Positions 10,328 to 20,845 of a stretch of 64,000 bases of DNA are shown here, one piece after another. A program made the position numbers and the translations under genes. The stretch lies in NCBI GenBank assembly GCA_008534395.1, contig SHMQ01000002.1, forward strand, positions 1,557 through 65,556, written 5' to 3'. Positions within the stretch are counted from its first letter, which is position 1; each line of letters begins with the position of its first letter. A model generated the notes under the pieces. That model had not been told where the DNA came from and did no database searches. It worked only from the letters and a program-made list of their open reading frames with translations. Source of the stretch: Candidatus Acidulodesulfobacterium acidiphilum. GTDB lineage: Bacteria > SZUA-79 > Acidulodesulfobacterales > Acidulodesulfobacteraceae.

Positions 10328-10341
10328 AAAAACTCCAAAAA

Positions 10342-11976
10342 TTATGGATTATAGTTGTAATTTCCAGCAAGCCCATATTGCGATAGCGAACTTACCCACG
10401 CCTTATTTAGATTAGCGTAATATTTTAAATTAGCCTGCTGAATATGAAGCGTAGATTCATAGGTATCATACATTTTATCGATAGCGCTCTGCACGTGTTT
10501 GACCTGATTTACATAAATATTCCATATGCGCGTTTTTTTCTTTCTGTCTAAATTTTTTGCCGCCATAACGTTGATCTCTACCGCCTTTAATATATCGCTA
10601 AAAAGACTTCTCGCGTAACCCGCAGCCATTAAATCGGCTGCTGTTTCTACTATGGCAGGATCGTTATTGACATATGCAAGTTTAAGAACTAACAGCACAG
10701 GGACGGAAGATTGCGTTATGAGATTATCCATTTGCGATTGAGACAATGTTGCCACATAAGTTCCACAAAGTCCGCTGCCGACGTTTAAAAAATTAGACTC
10801 GCCGAAGTAACTTTGCATAATTTGATTTAAATAACTCTTATAATAAAACGCAAAACCCTGAAAACACATATTAGGCGTTACTTCTTCAAGACTGGATAGA
10901 CTTGTAGCATTTGTAACGGAACCGGACGGAGGAAAAGGAATTACCATAGAAGTTACATTTTTACTTCCGAACATCAACATGCCAAATAAACTCGTTAATT
11001 GATTTCCTGTCGGGTTAGTAGTAACGACCTCGGCGGGAGAAAACATTCTAACAACAGGTTCTCCTTTTTTAGCCGCAGACGCATAACCGACGACATCCCC
11101 TATAAACTGCCCCCTTAAAACTCCTATCAAATCATTTGCGCCGCCTGTACCCGGTTTTGTTCCGTCTATTAAACCGATATGCGCCTGCAACAAAGAATTT
11201 CTTAAGAGAGACCCCTCTTGAAATTGACTTGCGGCCGCCTTCTGTCCGCAACTCGAAAATCCTGAGTTTACTAGCGCCTGCGCTCCTGCTTCAGTCGAAG
11301 CGCAGTTCATAGCGCCGTTGACGGTATTTACAAAGTTTCCAACAGCGTTAGAAACATTGCCTAAAGTATTACTAACTTGGTCGGCGAAAGCGTTTGTAGC
11401 ACCCGCTACGCCTGTTTTACCTATCATATTTCCTAATTCCGCTCCGGCAAGGTTGCCCATCGCTTCGGCCGTTTGACAGGAATTAAAATTTAGCCCGTTA
11501 AGCTTATTGGCAATAGCTTCTATCTGATTCATAATGGTCTGGCACTGCTTGCATAGGACGCCTAAAACCATATTGAAAGCAAATACCAATACTTCACCCG
11601 ATTGGATGATAGACTGTAGGACTTGCATTAAATGAGAACCGAGCATTGCAAACGCTCCCCATTCGGCGCTTATACCTGAACATCCTATCGAGAAATTAGG
11701 CGGGGTTATGGTAAATAACTGCAAGCTCTGACCCGCAGTATTAAATCTTACGTTACTATAACCTAAAGCATAGATATTTTCGCCTTGCGTATGAAATACC
11801 CCTGCTCCACCGCTATTAGATACGGAATTGGCACCGTTAAGACCTGCGGAAACGAATGAATTTATCCCTGCATATGCCGGCTGAACATAATAACTAACGG
11901 TCGCAAGCGTAGGCGTCGCAATCAAGAAAAAAGATAAGAGCAAAGACGCTATCTTAAATTTTAAATTTTTATACAT
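10342..11976 (-). CDS. traH: F-type conjugation protein TraH
   Basis: Signal peptide. PPNFSIGCSGISAEWGAFAML matches the TraH GC(G/S)GI..G.F motif. Start moved to the ATG at 11976, which has a GGAGGG SD. Confidence 0.75.
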   Translation of the reverse strand: MYKNLKFKIASLLLSFFLIATPTLATVSYYVQPAYAGINSFVSAGLNGANSVSNSGGAGVFHTQGENIYALGYSNVRFNTAGQSLQLFTITPPNFSIGCSGISAEWGAFAMLGSHLMQVLQSIIQSGEVLVFAFNMVLGVLCKQCQTIMNQIEAIANKLNGLNFNSCQTAEAMGNLAGAELGNMIGKTGVAGATNAFADQVSNTLGNVSNAVGNFVNTVNGAMNCASTEAGAQALVNSGFSSCGQKAAASQFQEGSLLRNSLLQAHIGLIDGTKPGTGGANDLIGVLRGQFIGDVVGYASAAKKGEPVVRMFSPAEVVTTNPTGNQLTSLFGMLMFGSKNVTSMVIPFPPSGSVTNATSLSSLEEVTPNMCFQGFAFYYKSYLNQIMQSYFGESNFLNVGSGLCGTYVATLSQSQMDNLITQSSVPVLLVLKLAYVNNDPAIVETAADLMAAGYARSLFSDILKAVEINVMAAKNLDRKKKTRIWNIYVNQVKHVQSAIDKMYDTYESTLHIQQANLKYYANLNKAWVSSLSQYGLAGNYNYNP

Positions 11977-11990
11977 AAACCCTCCTAAAA

Positions 11991-12641
11991 TCAAACAACT
12001 GCTATATCTTTCGTAATGTATATCCTATTCCTTCCATTTTCTTTTGCTAAATAGACGTTATTATCCGCTTCTTTTAGTATTTCCTCTTTTGATTTACCGC
12101 TGTCAAAAAAACCCACGCCCATTGAGCAGGTTATTTTCGGTAAATCCGGTATTCTTATCTTTTCTACGGCGTCTTTTAATTTCTTTGTTAAAAACCTTGC
12201 CTCCTGTAATGAGTTCCTTATATGATTAGACGACACCAAAACAAATTCTTCGCCACCATATCTGAAAAATACATCGCTGTTTTTCCTTATATTTTTATTT
12301 ATAGTCTGCGCAAATATTTTAAGCACTTTATCTCCCGCCTCATGTCCATATGTATCGTTAAATTTCTTGAAATGATCTATATCGAAAAAAACTACAAAAA
12401 AAGGCTCGTTGCTAACTTGAGATTCTTTATAAACTTCTTCTAAATATTTATCGAATGTTCTTCTGTTATTCGCTCCGGTCAAGTGGTCTTTTTCCGCCGT
12501 ATCTTTTAATCTTGCAATTTTTTTCTCAGTCTTACTGAATTCTTTTTTTATATTTATAGCGAAGTTATAAACATCATACGAGATAAAAAAATTAAAACCC
12601 GACAATAATACAAAAATTAAAGAATATACGCCGAAATCCAT
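11991..12641 (-). CDS. GGDEF diguanylate cyclase with N-terminal membrane anchor
   Basis: 216 aa. RYGGEEF active-site motif, FDIDHFKKFNDTYGH, GRNR. Confidence 0.85.
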   Translation of the reverse strand: MDFGVYSLIFVLLSGFNFFISYDVYNFAINIKKEFSKTEKKIARLKDTAEKDHLTGANNRRTFDKYLEEVYKESQVSNEPFFVVFFDIDHFKKFNDTYGHEAGDKVLKIFAQTINKNIRKNSDVFFRYGGEEFVLVSSNHIRNSLQEARFLTKKLKDAVEKIRIPDLPKITCSMGVGFFDSGKSKEEILKEADNNVYLAKENGRNRIYITKDIAVV

Positions 12642-12693
12642 GAATAAAAAAAAAATGAAAAAGCCAAAAGCAAAATACTTGAAAGTAACAGCA

Positions 12694-13281
12694 TCAGCGT
12701 ATCACCGACTTAGGAAAAAGCGGTATAGTATTATATTTAACAACGCTATCTTTAACTAATCCGAAGTATCTCGAATCTAATCCGTATTTATCCGGGGAAG
12801 CGGCAAAAAAATAACCGGCGGGTATTTTATAATTATGCCAGACCGGAAAACCTTTTATTTTCATATGAGGCATAGGTATTAAAACCGCATACTTTGGTAT
12901 CTCGGCTATAAATCTTCCGTTACAATAGTCTTTTCTGCCTACGGTATTTAATATCTGTCCATGCGTGCAAGCTACGTATTTAACCAGCAAATCCTTTTTA
13001 GGATAATGAAGTCCGTTGGCTTCATAATATTTTTTCCATAAAAAAAATCTTTTAGGCGCAGGAAAAACTACCGCCTTGCCGTCCTTTATTGCAGGACGCA
13101 AGGCGGTATATTTTTCGTTAATAAAAAAATAGGTATCCATGGACGGAGTGTTGGATATTCCGAAGGCGTAAAACTGGCTTATGATAAGATAGAAGAAAGC
13201 AAAAAATAGTATAAGCGCAGAAATACTATAAAACCTTTTGCTCTTTAAGCCTGCTTTCAATTTTTCCCGTAATGTCTTCAT
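12694..13281 (-). CDS. S26-family signal peptidase, conjugative TraF(P-type)-like
   Basis: 195 aa. N-terminal TM helix, SNTPSMDTYF serine box, SPDKYGLDSRYFGLV box. Confidence 0.65.
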   Translation of the reverse strand: MKTLREKLKAGLKSKRFYSISALILFFAFFYLIISQFYAFGISNTPSMDTYFFINEKYTALRPAIKDGKAVVFPAPKRFFLWKKYYEANGLHYPKKDLLVKYVACTHGQILNTVGRKDYCNGRFIAEIPKYAVLIPMPHMKIKGFPVWHNYKIPAGYFFAASPDKYGLDSRYFGLVKDSVVKYNTIPLFPKSVIR

Positions 13282-13636
13282 ATCCCTTGCCGCCTATTAC
13301 CGCTTGTTTTACTATTATGACGCCGTTAGACTCGTAAACTTTAGTATCCAAATCGATGTCCTTTACGAAATCAGTTATCTCTCCTTTTATCATTTTAGGA
13401 GTGGTAGATGTAGGATGTCTTAATATTTCTTTATGAATTTCCTGCCTTTTTAAATCCGTCAGTTTTTTTAAATTCAAGGCGTAAATTTTAGTTCCGCCCG
13501 CTCCCATATGTTTAATATATACAATATTAACAAATAATGTCAATACTAAAATTGCAAAAAAAGATATTGCATAAATCAAAACGCTTATCTTGCTAAAAGT
13601 TTTTTGTTTTTTTACCGATTTTTCCTGCTGTTCCAC
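13226..13636 (-). CDS. membrane-anchored hypothetical protein in the position of F trbI
   Basis: 136 aa with a single N-terminal TM helix. Immediately downstream of traC. Confidence 0.45.
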   Translation of the reverse strand: MEQQEKSVKKQKTFSKISVLIYAISFFAILVLTLFVNIVYIKHMGAGGTKIYALNLKKLTDLKRQEIHKEILRHPTSTTPKMIKGEITDFVKDIDLDTKVYESNGVIIVKQAVIGGKGYEDITGKIESRLKEQKVL

Positions 13637-13652
13637 AAATACCTCCTAAAAA

Positions 13653-16103
13653 TTAATTTTTATTTTTTTCTTTTGCATTGTCTTCGGCTATAACCGACTC
13701 TATCGCCTGAACCATGCTTAGCCCCTTATCGGTATATTTCTTAAGTCTTAACTTGTCTTCCATGAACGTAGTAAACAGATAATACATAAACCTATCAACC
13801 ATTATCCTTGCCACTACTTTTACGCCGAAAGGCGTATTAATAAAAACTTCGGAATGATAAGGCTTAAAATTAGAAACCGACCTTAAAACGTGATAATCCA
13901 TTTCGGAAAAACTTATTAATTGAGAAAGTTTTAAAGCGTTAATAGATTCTTCCGTCTGTTTTAAAAAGAATTTCCAAGAGCTTGAGTTTATAATAACCCT
14001 GCCGGCTCTTGATATAGATTTTTCGTTTACCGAATAAATATCGTCAAAGCCCTGAGTAGCTATAACTATAGAAGCTCCGTGCTTTCTGAAACGCCTGTAC
14101 GCCTGTTCTATAAAAATATCAATCTTATGAGACGTGCCTAAAAATTTATGCGCTTCGTCGATAAAGCATATTACTCTTGATTTAGAAATACCGCCGTGAT
14201 AAGTTTTATTCGTTAAATGAAATATCATAATCATAATAACGGCGTCTCTTAATTCCTGCATATTTTCGATAGTATCAAGTTCCATAACGACGTAAGGCTT
14301 AGTAAAATCTATAGAAGATTTTCCGGTAAAAAACTTGCCGTAAATTCCGGTAGCGGTATAAGGTTTAAGCTGCTGCCCAAAGTTCTTTAACTCCCTGTCT
14401 TCGCTGCCAAAAAACCATTCAGATATATGCGTTATTTCGAGTTTTTCTTTATACTCGTTCCAAAGCTCCGTCAATGCGCCGTCGATATATGACTTTATTA
14501 ATTTTTCCACTTGGTCGGAATAGTCTTTTGAGAGCGAAGCGCCTATAAAATAAATAAAATCCCTCAGATATTCCCAGTTCTCCTCAAAATCTTTCTGCGT
14601 TTTTATTTCGGAAAAGGGGTTTATCGATATAGGATTATTAAGGTTAAATTCTATCCACTGTCCGCCTATTGATTCGCAAAGCTTTTCGTAAGAACGCCCT
14701 ATATCGAACGTAAAAACCGTATCGCCCCTTGAAAGATACATAAGCGTTAAATAGTTTATAAATACGGATTTACCGGCGCCGGACGTAGCGACTATATATC
14801 CGTTGTAATTGTCAGGAGAATCGAATAAATCAAACTCCATTAACTGTCCCCTTCTCGATATTAAAGGGATCGTCGGCGTCTTAGTCCCCGCCCAGTCGGC
14901 TTCTGAAGGTATAAACTGCGCCGCTTCGTCGGTGAAAAGCGTTATGTAATTTTCCGTAATAGTATAATATTCGCTGTTCATTGCCATAGGCAATGACGAA
15001 AAGAAATTGACGGGGACTATTCTTGCGACGTGTCCGAGCTTAATTCTTTGCTGCGGCGCCCCGGAGTCCCAATAGGACTTTACCGTATCTACGCTTCTTT
15101 TTACCTCTTTTTCGTTTTTTCCCGAAACAAGCACGTTCAGTGAAAACTGAACGAGTTTTTGTTTCTCTTCTATTTTCTTTACAGTATGTAAAGCATCCGC
15201 TTTCTTCTTATTATGTCTTGGAAATAAATTTGCAGGCATATCCTGAGCCATTGTAGCAGACTGCCTGCCTTTAATACCCGCCGCTTTTTTATTTGAAATC
15301 ATGGCAAAAGAAGCAGTTATTATAAAAGGCGTATAAAATTGCTGCTTATCGACGTTCGGAGTCAAATAATCGCCCAACCTCGAAGAAAACATCCAGATGT
15401 TTGTTTCGTTAGGCAGATGCACCGGTTCTAAAGAAGCCCAGTAAACGCCGTCCGATATAACGTATTTTTTATTTCTCGTATCTATTAAAGTATCGGGGGC
15501 AAGCATTTGCCTTGCAAGAGGCACTCTGTCGTCGTATTCCGGTATATCCCTGAAGTCGTGGTTCATGTTCAAAATTTCATAAACTAAAGCTTGAAATTCG
15601 GAAGGTTTTACGTTTCTCGGATAATAGCCTTTAGTACTTAAAATATTTTCTATGGATTCGGTAATCATACTAAGCCTGTCGAGGCTTTTTTCCATAGTAA
15701 TAGAAATAAAAAGCCTGTGGTTTTTAAGCTTCGTTTCCATAAGATTGTTGATTTTATCCTTCGTCTTATTATCCAAAAAATCGACGTAGTTTTTTATAAG
15801 AGCGCCGTATAAAGGTTCTTCTTTTGCCCTTTCTTTTTGCGAGGCGAATATATCAAGTTCGTTTGTAATATTAGGGGAGCCGTATAACATAAACTGTATT
15901 ATGGCACCGGGGACGAGCATATCTAAAATGGATTCAAAAGCGGTAGTATCCGCCGCTACTATAGAGGGGGATAATTCAAGTATGCTTCCCGCTATTCCGT
16001 CATTATGAATATAAATACGCTCGTCTTCTTTATACCATGAATACGGCAATACTTCGGAAATATGCGTATATTTTGAAGCTGTATCTTTTAGCAACGGCTG
16101 CAT
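13653..16103 (-). CDS. traC: F-type T4SS ATPase TraC (VirB4 family)
   Basis: 816 aa. Walker A ATSGAGKS. Walker B-like VICFIDEAH. Size and position match F TraC. Confidence 0.9.
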   Translation of the reverse strand: MQPLLKDTASKYTHISEVLPYSWYKEDERIYIHNDGIAGSILELSPSIVAADTTAFESILDMLVPGAIIQFMLYGSPNITNELDIFASQKERAKEEPLYGALIKNYVDFLDNKTKDKINNLMETKLKNHRLFISITMEKSLDRLSMITESIENILSTKGYYPRNVKPSEFQALVYEILNMNHDFRDIPEYDDRVPLARQMLAPDTLIDTRNKKYVISDGVYWASLEPVHLPNETNIWMFSSRLGDYLTPNVDKQQFYTPFIITASFAMISNKKAAGIKGRQSATMAQDMPANLFPRHNKKKADALHTVKKIEEKQKLVQFSLNVLVSGKNEKEVKRSVDTVKSYWDSGAPQQRIKLGHVARIVPVNFFSSLPMAMNSEYYTITENYITLFTDEAAQFIPSEADWAGTKTPTIPLISRRGQLMEFDLFDSPDNYNGYIVATSGAGKSVFINYLTLMYLSRGDTVFTFDIGRSYEKLCESIGGQWIEFNLNNPISINPFSEIKTQKDFEENWEYLRDFIYFIGASLSKDYSDQVEKLIKSYIDGALTELWNEYKEKLEITHISEWFFGSEDRELKNFGQQLKPYTATGIYGKFFTGKSSIDFTKPYVVMELDTIENMQELRDAVIMIMIFHLTNKTYHGGISKSRVICFIDEAHKFLGTSHKIDIFIEQAYRRFRKHGASIVIATQGFDDIYSVNEKSISRAGRVIINSSSWKFFLKQTEESINALKLSQLISFSEMDYHVLRSVSNFKPYHSEVFINTPFGVKVVARIMVDRFMYYLFTTFMEDKLRLKKYTDKGLSMVQAIESVIAEDNAKEKNKN

Positions 16104-16117
16104 TGTTTTTTCTCCTG

Positions 16118-16669
16118 TTAGCGTCTGATTCTGAACATATTTAACTTGTCGTTTTTATATTTTTTAAACAAATAATTTCCGTAAAGCCATCTGCCCGAAC
16201 GAACGACTACGAATATATCCTGTCCGCTATGAAACGTTTTTTTAGAGGAATACGGAAGTATCCATATCTTTTTAATTACCGCAGGAATATATAAAGGCGG
16301 AGTGCTTGTTTTAAGCATATATTTTAGAAGATACTGCGATACTGATATAGATTTCTTAAAATTATATTTACCCGCCTTAACGGTTTTAACGCCGCTATTT
16401 CCCATTTCTTCGCAGGCTTTCGTATGTCTTAAGGATACGGGGCAATTAACTTTTGCCTTTTTTTGTTTTTCTAATTTAGCGTATAGAGCGGGATGTAGAG
16501 ACGCCTTGTAATTAGTTACCAAAGACGAACAGTTGCCCATATCGGATTTTGCCTCAGGACAAGAATAATTACTTGAATACGGAAGCATAGCGCAACCGGA
16601 AAAAGCAAGCATCACAAAACCTACGCCTGCTAATATTCCTGCTATTTTAAATTTTTTATTTTTAAGCAT
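16118..16669 (-). CDS. traV: T4SS lipoprotein TraV
   Basis: 183 aa. Lipobox LAFSGC, followed by conserved Cys spacing (YSCPEAKSDMGNCSS). Confidence 0.65.
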   Translation of the reverse strand: MLKNKKFKIAGILAGVGFVMLAFSGCAMLPYSSNYSCPEAKSDMGNCSSLVTNYKASLHPALYAKLEKQKKAKVNCPVSLRHTKACEEMGNSGVKTVKAGKYNFKKSISVSQYLLKYMLKTSTPPLYIPAVIKKIWILPYSSKKTFHSGQDIFVVVRSGRWLYGNYLFKKYKNDKLNMFRIRR

Positions 16670-16749
16670 TTTATTGACACCCCGCTTTAATTAATTTTTT
16701 CTTTTTAATTTTAACCGTCTTGATTTGTTTTTCTTTTTCTTTATCCATA

Positions 16750-17556
16750 TTATTTAAAATTTTTAAAGATATTGCTCTGAATTTTCTTGACGTTTACGGT
16801 TTTAATACCTAAAAGGCTGTAAATTTTACCTATATTAAGCCCTAAAACCGCCTGATTTTTTATTATGAAATACGGCACTCCGAAAATAGAGAATTTTTGC
16901 GCCAAAGCGGTATCATATTCAAGCCTTTTCATCGCATAGGTAGACTGCTTGAATTTAGGCGGTATATTGCCAGACTTGGTTAAATAAACTTGTTTTACCA
17001 TTATCTTGTTTAATAAGGCCACTCTTTGTTTATTATTTAAATGCTGCATTTTAGTAAAATAATAGAGTTCCATTTCTGTAGAATGCGGATGTATGGACGG
17101 CTGCGGTATTAAAAATAAATATCTCGTCATTTTATTTCTTAATCTTTTCGACTCTGTGGTAAGTCTTTCAAACGCCCTGCAATAAGGACAGTCTATATTT
17201 GCAAATTCTATTACTTTAACCGGACCGTGTCCTATCTTAATGGCTTTTGCCAAATCAACGTATTTTGCAATCTTTTCCGCTTTAGACGCCTGAATGCCCG
17301 CCATAGATTCGTTAGTTAAATTCTTGCCGGTATTAGTCCAAATCTGACCGAATACTAAGAGTTTTTTAGACGGATAGACGTAAACTATCTGTCCGTTAGG
17401 CATTAAAGCCCCGTAAAGTCCTTGAATAGGCGTAGTTAAAACTTTAGAAATTTTGGTATGCGGTAGTATTGCTTGAATAGTATTTAAAGATATAGCATAA
17501 ACATTAACCGTTAAAGAAAATACCGCCATTAAGGTTAAAATAAATAATTTTTTCAT
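16750..17556 (-). CDS. DsbC/TrbB-like periplasmic thiol:disulfide isomerase
   Basis: 268 aa. Signal peptide and CPYC redox motif. 4-bp overlap with the traB stop. Confidence 0.7.
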   Translation of the reverse strand: MKKLFILTLMAVFSLTVNVYAISLNTIQAILPHTKISKVLTTPIQGLYGALMPNGQIVYVYPSKKLLVFGQIWTNTGKNLTNESMAGIQASKAEKIAKYVDLAKAIKIGHGPVKVIEFANIDCPYCRAFERLTTESKRLRNKMTRYLFLIPQPSIHPHSTEMELYYFTKMQHLNNKQRVALLNKIMVKQVYLTKSGNIPPKFKQSTYAMKRLEYDTALAQKFSIFGVPYFIIKNQAVLGLNIGKIYSLLGIKTVNVKKIQSNIFKNFK

Positions 17557-18839
17557 TTTTTAGCCCCCTTTTTATTAGGTTTATTATTAGATTTATTGCT
17601 TTCGATATTATTTTTATAAGTCGCATAAAATCCATGCGTTAATACCAGCGTTAATTTTCTCCCTGCGCCTACGACTACCACAGGCATCATAGAATTCGCC
17701 ATTTTAGAATAAAATTTAGAGAGTTCTCCCGCAGCAGTACTTAAACCTTGACCTAATCCCGCTTCGCCTACGTTAGACGGATTAATAGTAGAAGTAGAAC
17801 CTAATGCCGAATAGCTCATAGTTTCCGACTGCATACTCACGACATTGGCAAACCCTTGCATAATTCCCGCCATAAACTCTCTTGCGAGTATTGCTCCCTG
17901 TTTCGTTACGACCTTGCCTCTTAATCCGACTTTGCCGTGTTCGCCTACGATATAGCCTTTAATAGGAGCGGATATATGTTTATTCCCGCCCTTGACTATA
18001 CAGGACAAATCGGTAGTCCTTAAATATACCCTTTCGCTTGAGAGCGACCCGTAACCCTCGGCTATAACGAAACACCCTTTCATAGATAAGCGGTATTGGT
18101 TAGGCAAAAACGATAAATTAGTAAGCCTTATAATCGTAGGATAAGGATTAGACTTGCCTTTCATACTCGCTGGGGCGTCTAAACCGTTAAGAAGGATCCC
18201 TTGAGTAAATGTTCCCGCCGGAACGTAAAAACCCCCGATACTTTTTTTTTTATTTTTTTTGGTATTCTTGGGCGAAGAATTTAAAATAGTATTAATAGGG
18301 TTTGTTATCGGCACTATTTGAACCTGCGGCTTTTTGCCGGGGACGGGCGGAGACGCAAATTTAGAATTATTATTGTTGTTGTTAAACGGAAGCGGCGGCG
18401 TAAAGACCCCTCTTGGCGGCTGATTAGGCGTTTTACTTACGCCTTTTGCGCCGTTCGTAGAATGAATTACCGCAACGTCATGAAGTTCTTTTTGATATAC
18501 TTTATTCTGTTTTTCTAAATTTTTTATTTCGGCGTTATTTTCCTGAAGCTGGTTTTCGCCTTTTGCCACCCAGCTTTGCTTAGATAATTTATTGACGTTT
18601 ATTATACTTGCTACCGGAGATTTTTTTGTCTTAAGCATAACAGGCCTGTTTCTCATAAATAAAAGAGCTATTACTATAACAACAACGGCTACGCCGCTAA
18701 ACATCGCTATTTTTACGAATAACTGCCACGACTTTTCGGTTTTAAACTTAGAGCGTAAATTAGCTATAAAAGCATTGCCTTTCTTTTCGCCGTCTTCGTC
18801 GTCGTTTAAGTCGTTATTTAAATTCAAATCGTCAGACAT
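17553..18839 (-). CDS. traB: T4SS TraB (VirB10-like)
   Basis: 428 aa. Acidic N-terminus, one TM helix, Pro/Asn-rich linker and a beta-rich C-terminal domain. Sits between traK and traV. Confidence 0.7.
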   Translation of the reverse strand: MSDDLNLNNDLNDDEDGEKKGNAFIANLRSKFKTEKSWQLFVKIAMFSGVAVVVIVIALLFMRNRPVMLKTKKSPVASIINVNKLSKQSWVAKGENQLQENNAEIKNLEKQNKVYQKELHDVAVIHSTNGAKGVSKTPNQPPRGVFTPPLPFNNNNNNSKFASPPVPGKKPQVQIVPITNPINTILNSSPKNTKKNKKKSIGGFYVPAGTFTQGILLNGLDAPASMKGKSNPYPTIIRLTNLSFLPNQYRLSMKGCFVIAEGYGSLSSERVYLRTTDLSCIVKGGNKHISAPIKGYIVGEHGKVGLRGKVVTKQGAILAREFMAGIMQGFANVVSMQSETMSYSALGSTSTINPSNVGEAGLGQGLSTAAGELSKFYSKMANSMMPVVVVGAGRKLTLVLTHGFYATYKNNIESNKSNNKPNKKGAKK

Positions 18840-18842
18840 ATT

Positions 18843-19766
18843 TTATTCCCCCATGATTAAAAGTCTTGTGAATGTATTTTTAAACAGATGTTCGTTGGAT
18901 AAAGAAATAGCAAGGATATTGCTCTTTAGATAAAGAAACTCTTTATTGGATAAAGAAATTTCGTTATTAGAGAGATTTTTAATTAAATATTCGTAAACGC
19001 TAAATTTACCTTTATATTTCTTTATAAGTTTTATCGCTATTTGCGGATAATTGGATTTATAAACTATATCCGTTTTTTTAGGCATATACCCTTTAGGAAT
19101 CCGTTTTGCGTAAATATCCCTGAATACTTTTGCCACGTATTTAGAAAAACCGCCGCTTGAATGAAAAGAGCGACTTTTTTGCCCTAAAACGCTGTTTACG
19201 TAAATAGTCTGGGGCGGAATATTCTTAGGAATAAGGAGCAGCGATACTACGGAATTTCCCGATTTAAATAAAACCGAACTCGGTATTTTAGGATATACGA
19301 CTTTTTTAACCGCTCCGGATTCTATCATATAGGGAGAAAAAACGACTACGGCGTCTTTGCCGTTTAACGTTATGGAAACGTCGCCGGTCTTTGACGTTCT
19401 GGCATAATCTATATAATGATTAAAGCTGATTCTGTTAATAAAAGCCCTCGACAGATAAATCGTCTTGGTCTGACCGGATTTTACGCTGATATGGACCGCA
19501 TTTACCGTAGCCGGTAGATTTAATAACTTTTTATTTTCGACAGGCAACGGCGGAAGCGCAACATTAGTTTTCTTTTGAACGGCATTGTCCGTTTTTTTAG
19601 GACGGCTACGCCTGCCCTTTATGCCTCCGCTTTTTACTTTGGGGGGCGCGGGATACAAAGGACGAGCGTAACCGCTCGGAGGTGCTGCGAGAAAAAAAAC
19701 GGCTAAAGAAAATAAAAATAAATAATGCTTAATATGCTTTCTTTTGATATGAAATAGACTGGACAT
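18843..19766 (-). CDS. traK: T4SS TraK (VirB9-like secretin-like)
   Basis: 307 aa. Signal peptide and Pro-rich linker. Call rests mainly on position between traE and traB. Confidence 0.6.
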   Translation of the reverse strand: MSSLFHIKRKHIKHYLFLFSLAVFFLAAPPSGYARPLYPAPPKVKSGGIKGRRSRPKKTDNAVQKKTNVALPPLPVENKKLLNLPATVNAVHISVKSGQTKTIYLSRAFINRISFNHYIDYARTSKTGDVSITLNGKDAVVVFSPYMIESGAVKKVVYPKIPSSVLFKSGNSVVSLLLIPKNIPPQTIYVNSVLGQKSRSFHSSGGFSKYVAKVFRDIYAKRIPKGYMPKKTDIVYKSNYPQIAIKLIKKYKGKFSVYEYLIKNLSNNEISLSNKEFLYLKSNILAISLSNEHLFKNTFTRLLIMGE

Positions 19767-20283
19767 AAAACTCTCCGTTTTTAATTAAATATTTTATTTT
19801 TAAGGTTTTTTGATAGCTTTTGCTCTTATCCGTTATTACCCTTATAAGAGTTCCTCCGACGTAAATAATATGATGTTTAACCTTTATAGTCTGAGGAAAG
19901 AACGCCTGAGAAACTGAAAGCGTAGCAAGCGCTTTCATCTGCACTAAAAGTTCCGTTTTTAAAGCATTATAGTTAGGCGGATAGGCAAATTGCAAAAAAA
20001 GGTTGAGTTGCGTTTTATAATTGTGAGGCGTTAAATCTAAAAGCGTCTGGGACAAATACTGCCCCATATCTATAGCGTACCCTTTAGAAACGTGAGAACC
20101 GCTCACGTAAAAAGCTTTTTTCACTTTAGGCGGCAATATTATAGTCTTTGAGTTGCTCGTCAAGCGGAATATCATAAACATCTGAACGATTATAACCAAA
20201 GACATAGCGATAACCGCTATCCTCATAGTCCAAGTCTGCAAAATCGCTCTGTCTAATTCACGTTTAAAATTTTTCCATTCCAT
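19729..20283 (-). CDS. traE: T4SS TraE (VirB8-like)
   Basis: About 184 aa counted from the ATG at 20283. Single N-terminal TM helix. Size and position match F TraE. Confidence 0.6.
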   Translation of the reverse strand: MEWKNFKRELDRAILQTWTMRIAVIAMSLVIIVQMFMIFRLTSNSKTIILPPKVKKAFYVSGSHVSKGYAIDMGQYLSQTLLDLTPHNYKTQLNLFLQFAYPPNYNALKTELLVQMKALATLSVSQAFFPQTIKVKHHIIYVGGTLIRVITDKSKSYQKTLKIKYLIKNGEFYVQSISYQKKAY

Positions 20284-20839
20284 AAATAACAACCCTTCTG
20301 TCTTTGAGATTGATTTTAGAGATATAGCAACATTTGCCGTATCCGAATATTTTTATATTTTTAAGACCCAAAAATCGTTCTGCGGTTTCGGCTCTTTCCA
20401 ATGCCAATTTATTGTTGTACGCTTTTGTTCCGAAGTGATCCGTATAGCCGGTTATAGATTTCACTTTTATTTTTTTTCCGGCTATAAGCTTTTTAATTTT
20501 ATTAAGTTTTTTTGAAAGCATTTTATTTATTACAAATGAATTAAATTTAAATCCGTAAACCGTTAATTTGACGGGTTTAAACTTAACAACATGTATGGCG
20601 CTTGCGTTTCCTTTAAGCAAATACGCCATCTTTTTTAAAGCTCCCGCTACCGAACCGTCCGCCGTCTTGCTAACCGGCTTTTGAAACTTCGTTAAGCTTT
20701 TATTTCTTTGAAATACGTAAGTTAATGACGGCACGTATGTTGCGCCGTAGTTATAAGCCCGCTGTCTTGTCTTCGCAAAAGCGTTTCCCGCAAAGACAAG
20801 ACAGACCGTTAAAGCTATTAATAAGATTTTTTTCTGCAT
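20264..20839 (-). CDS. OmpA-family peptidoglycan-binding protein
   Basis: 191 aa. Signal peptide. C-terminal ITGYTDHFGTKAYNNKLALERAETAERFL (OmpA_C-like). Confidence 0.7.
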   Translation of the reverse strand: MQKKILLIALTVCLVFAGNAFAKTRQRAYNYGATYVPSLTYVFQRNKSLTKFQKPVSKTADGSVAGALKKMAYLLKGNASAIHVVKFKPVKLTVYGFKFNSFVINKMLSKKLNKIKKLIAGKKIKVKSITGYTDHFGTKAYNNKLALERAETAERFLGLKNIKIFGYGKCCYISKINLKDRRVVIYGMEKF

Positions 20840-20845
20840 TCTTTT

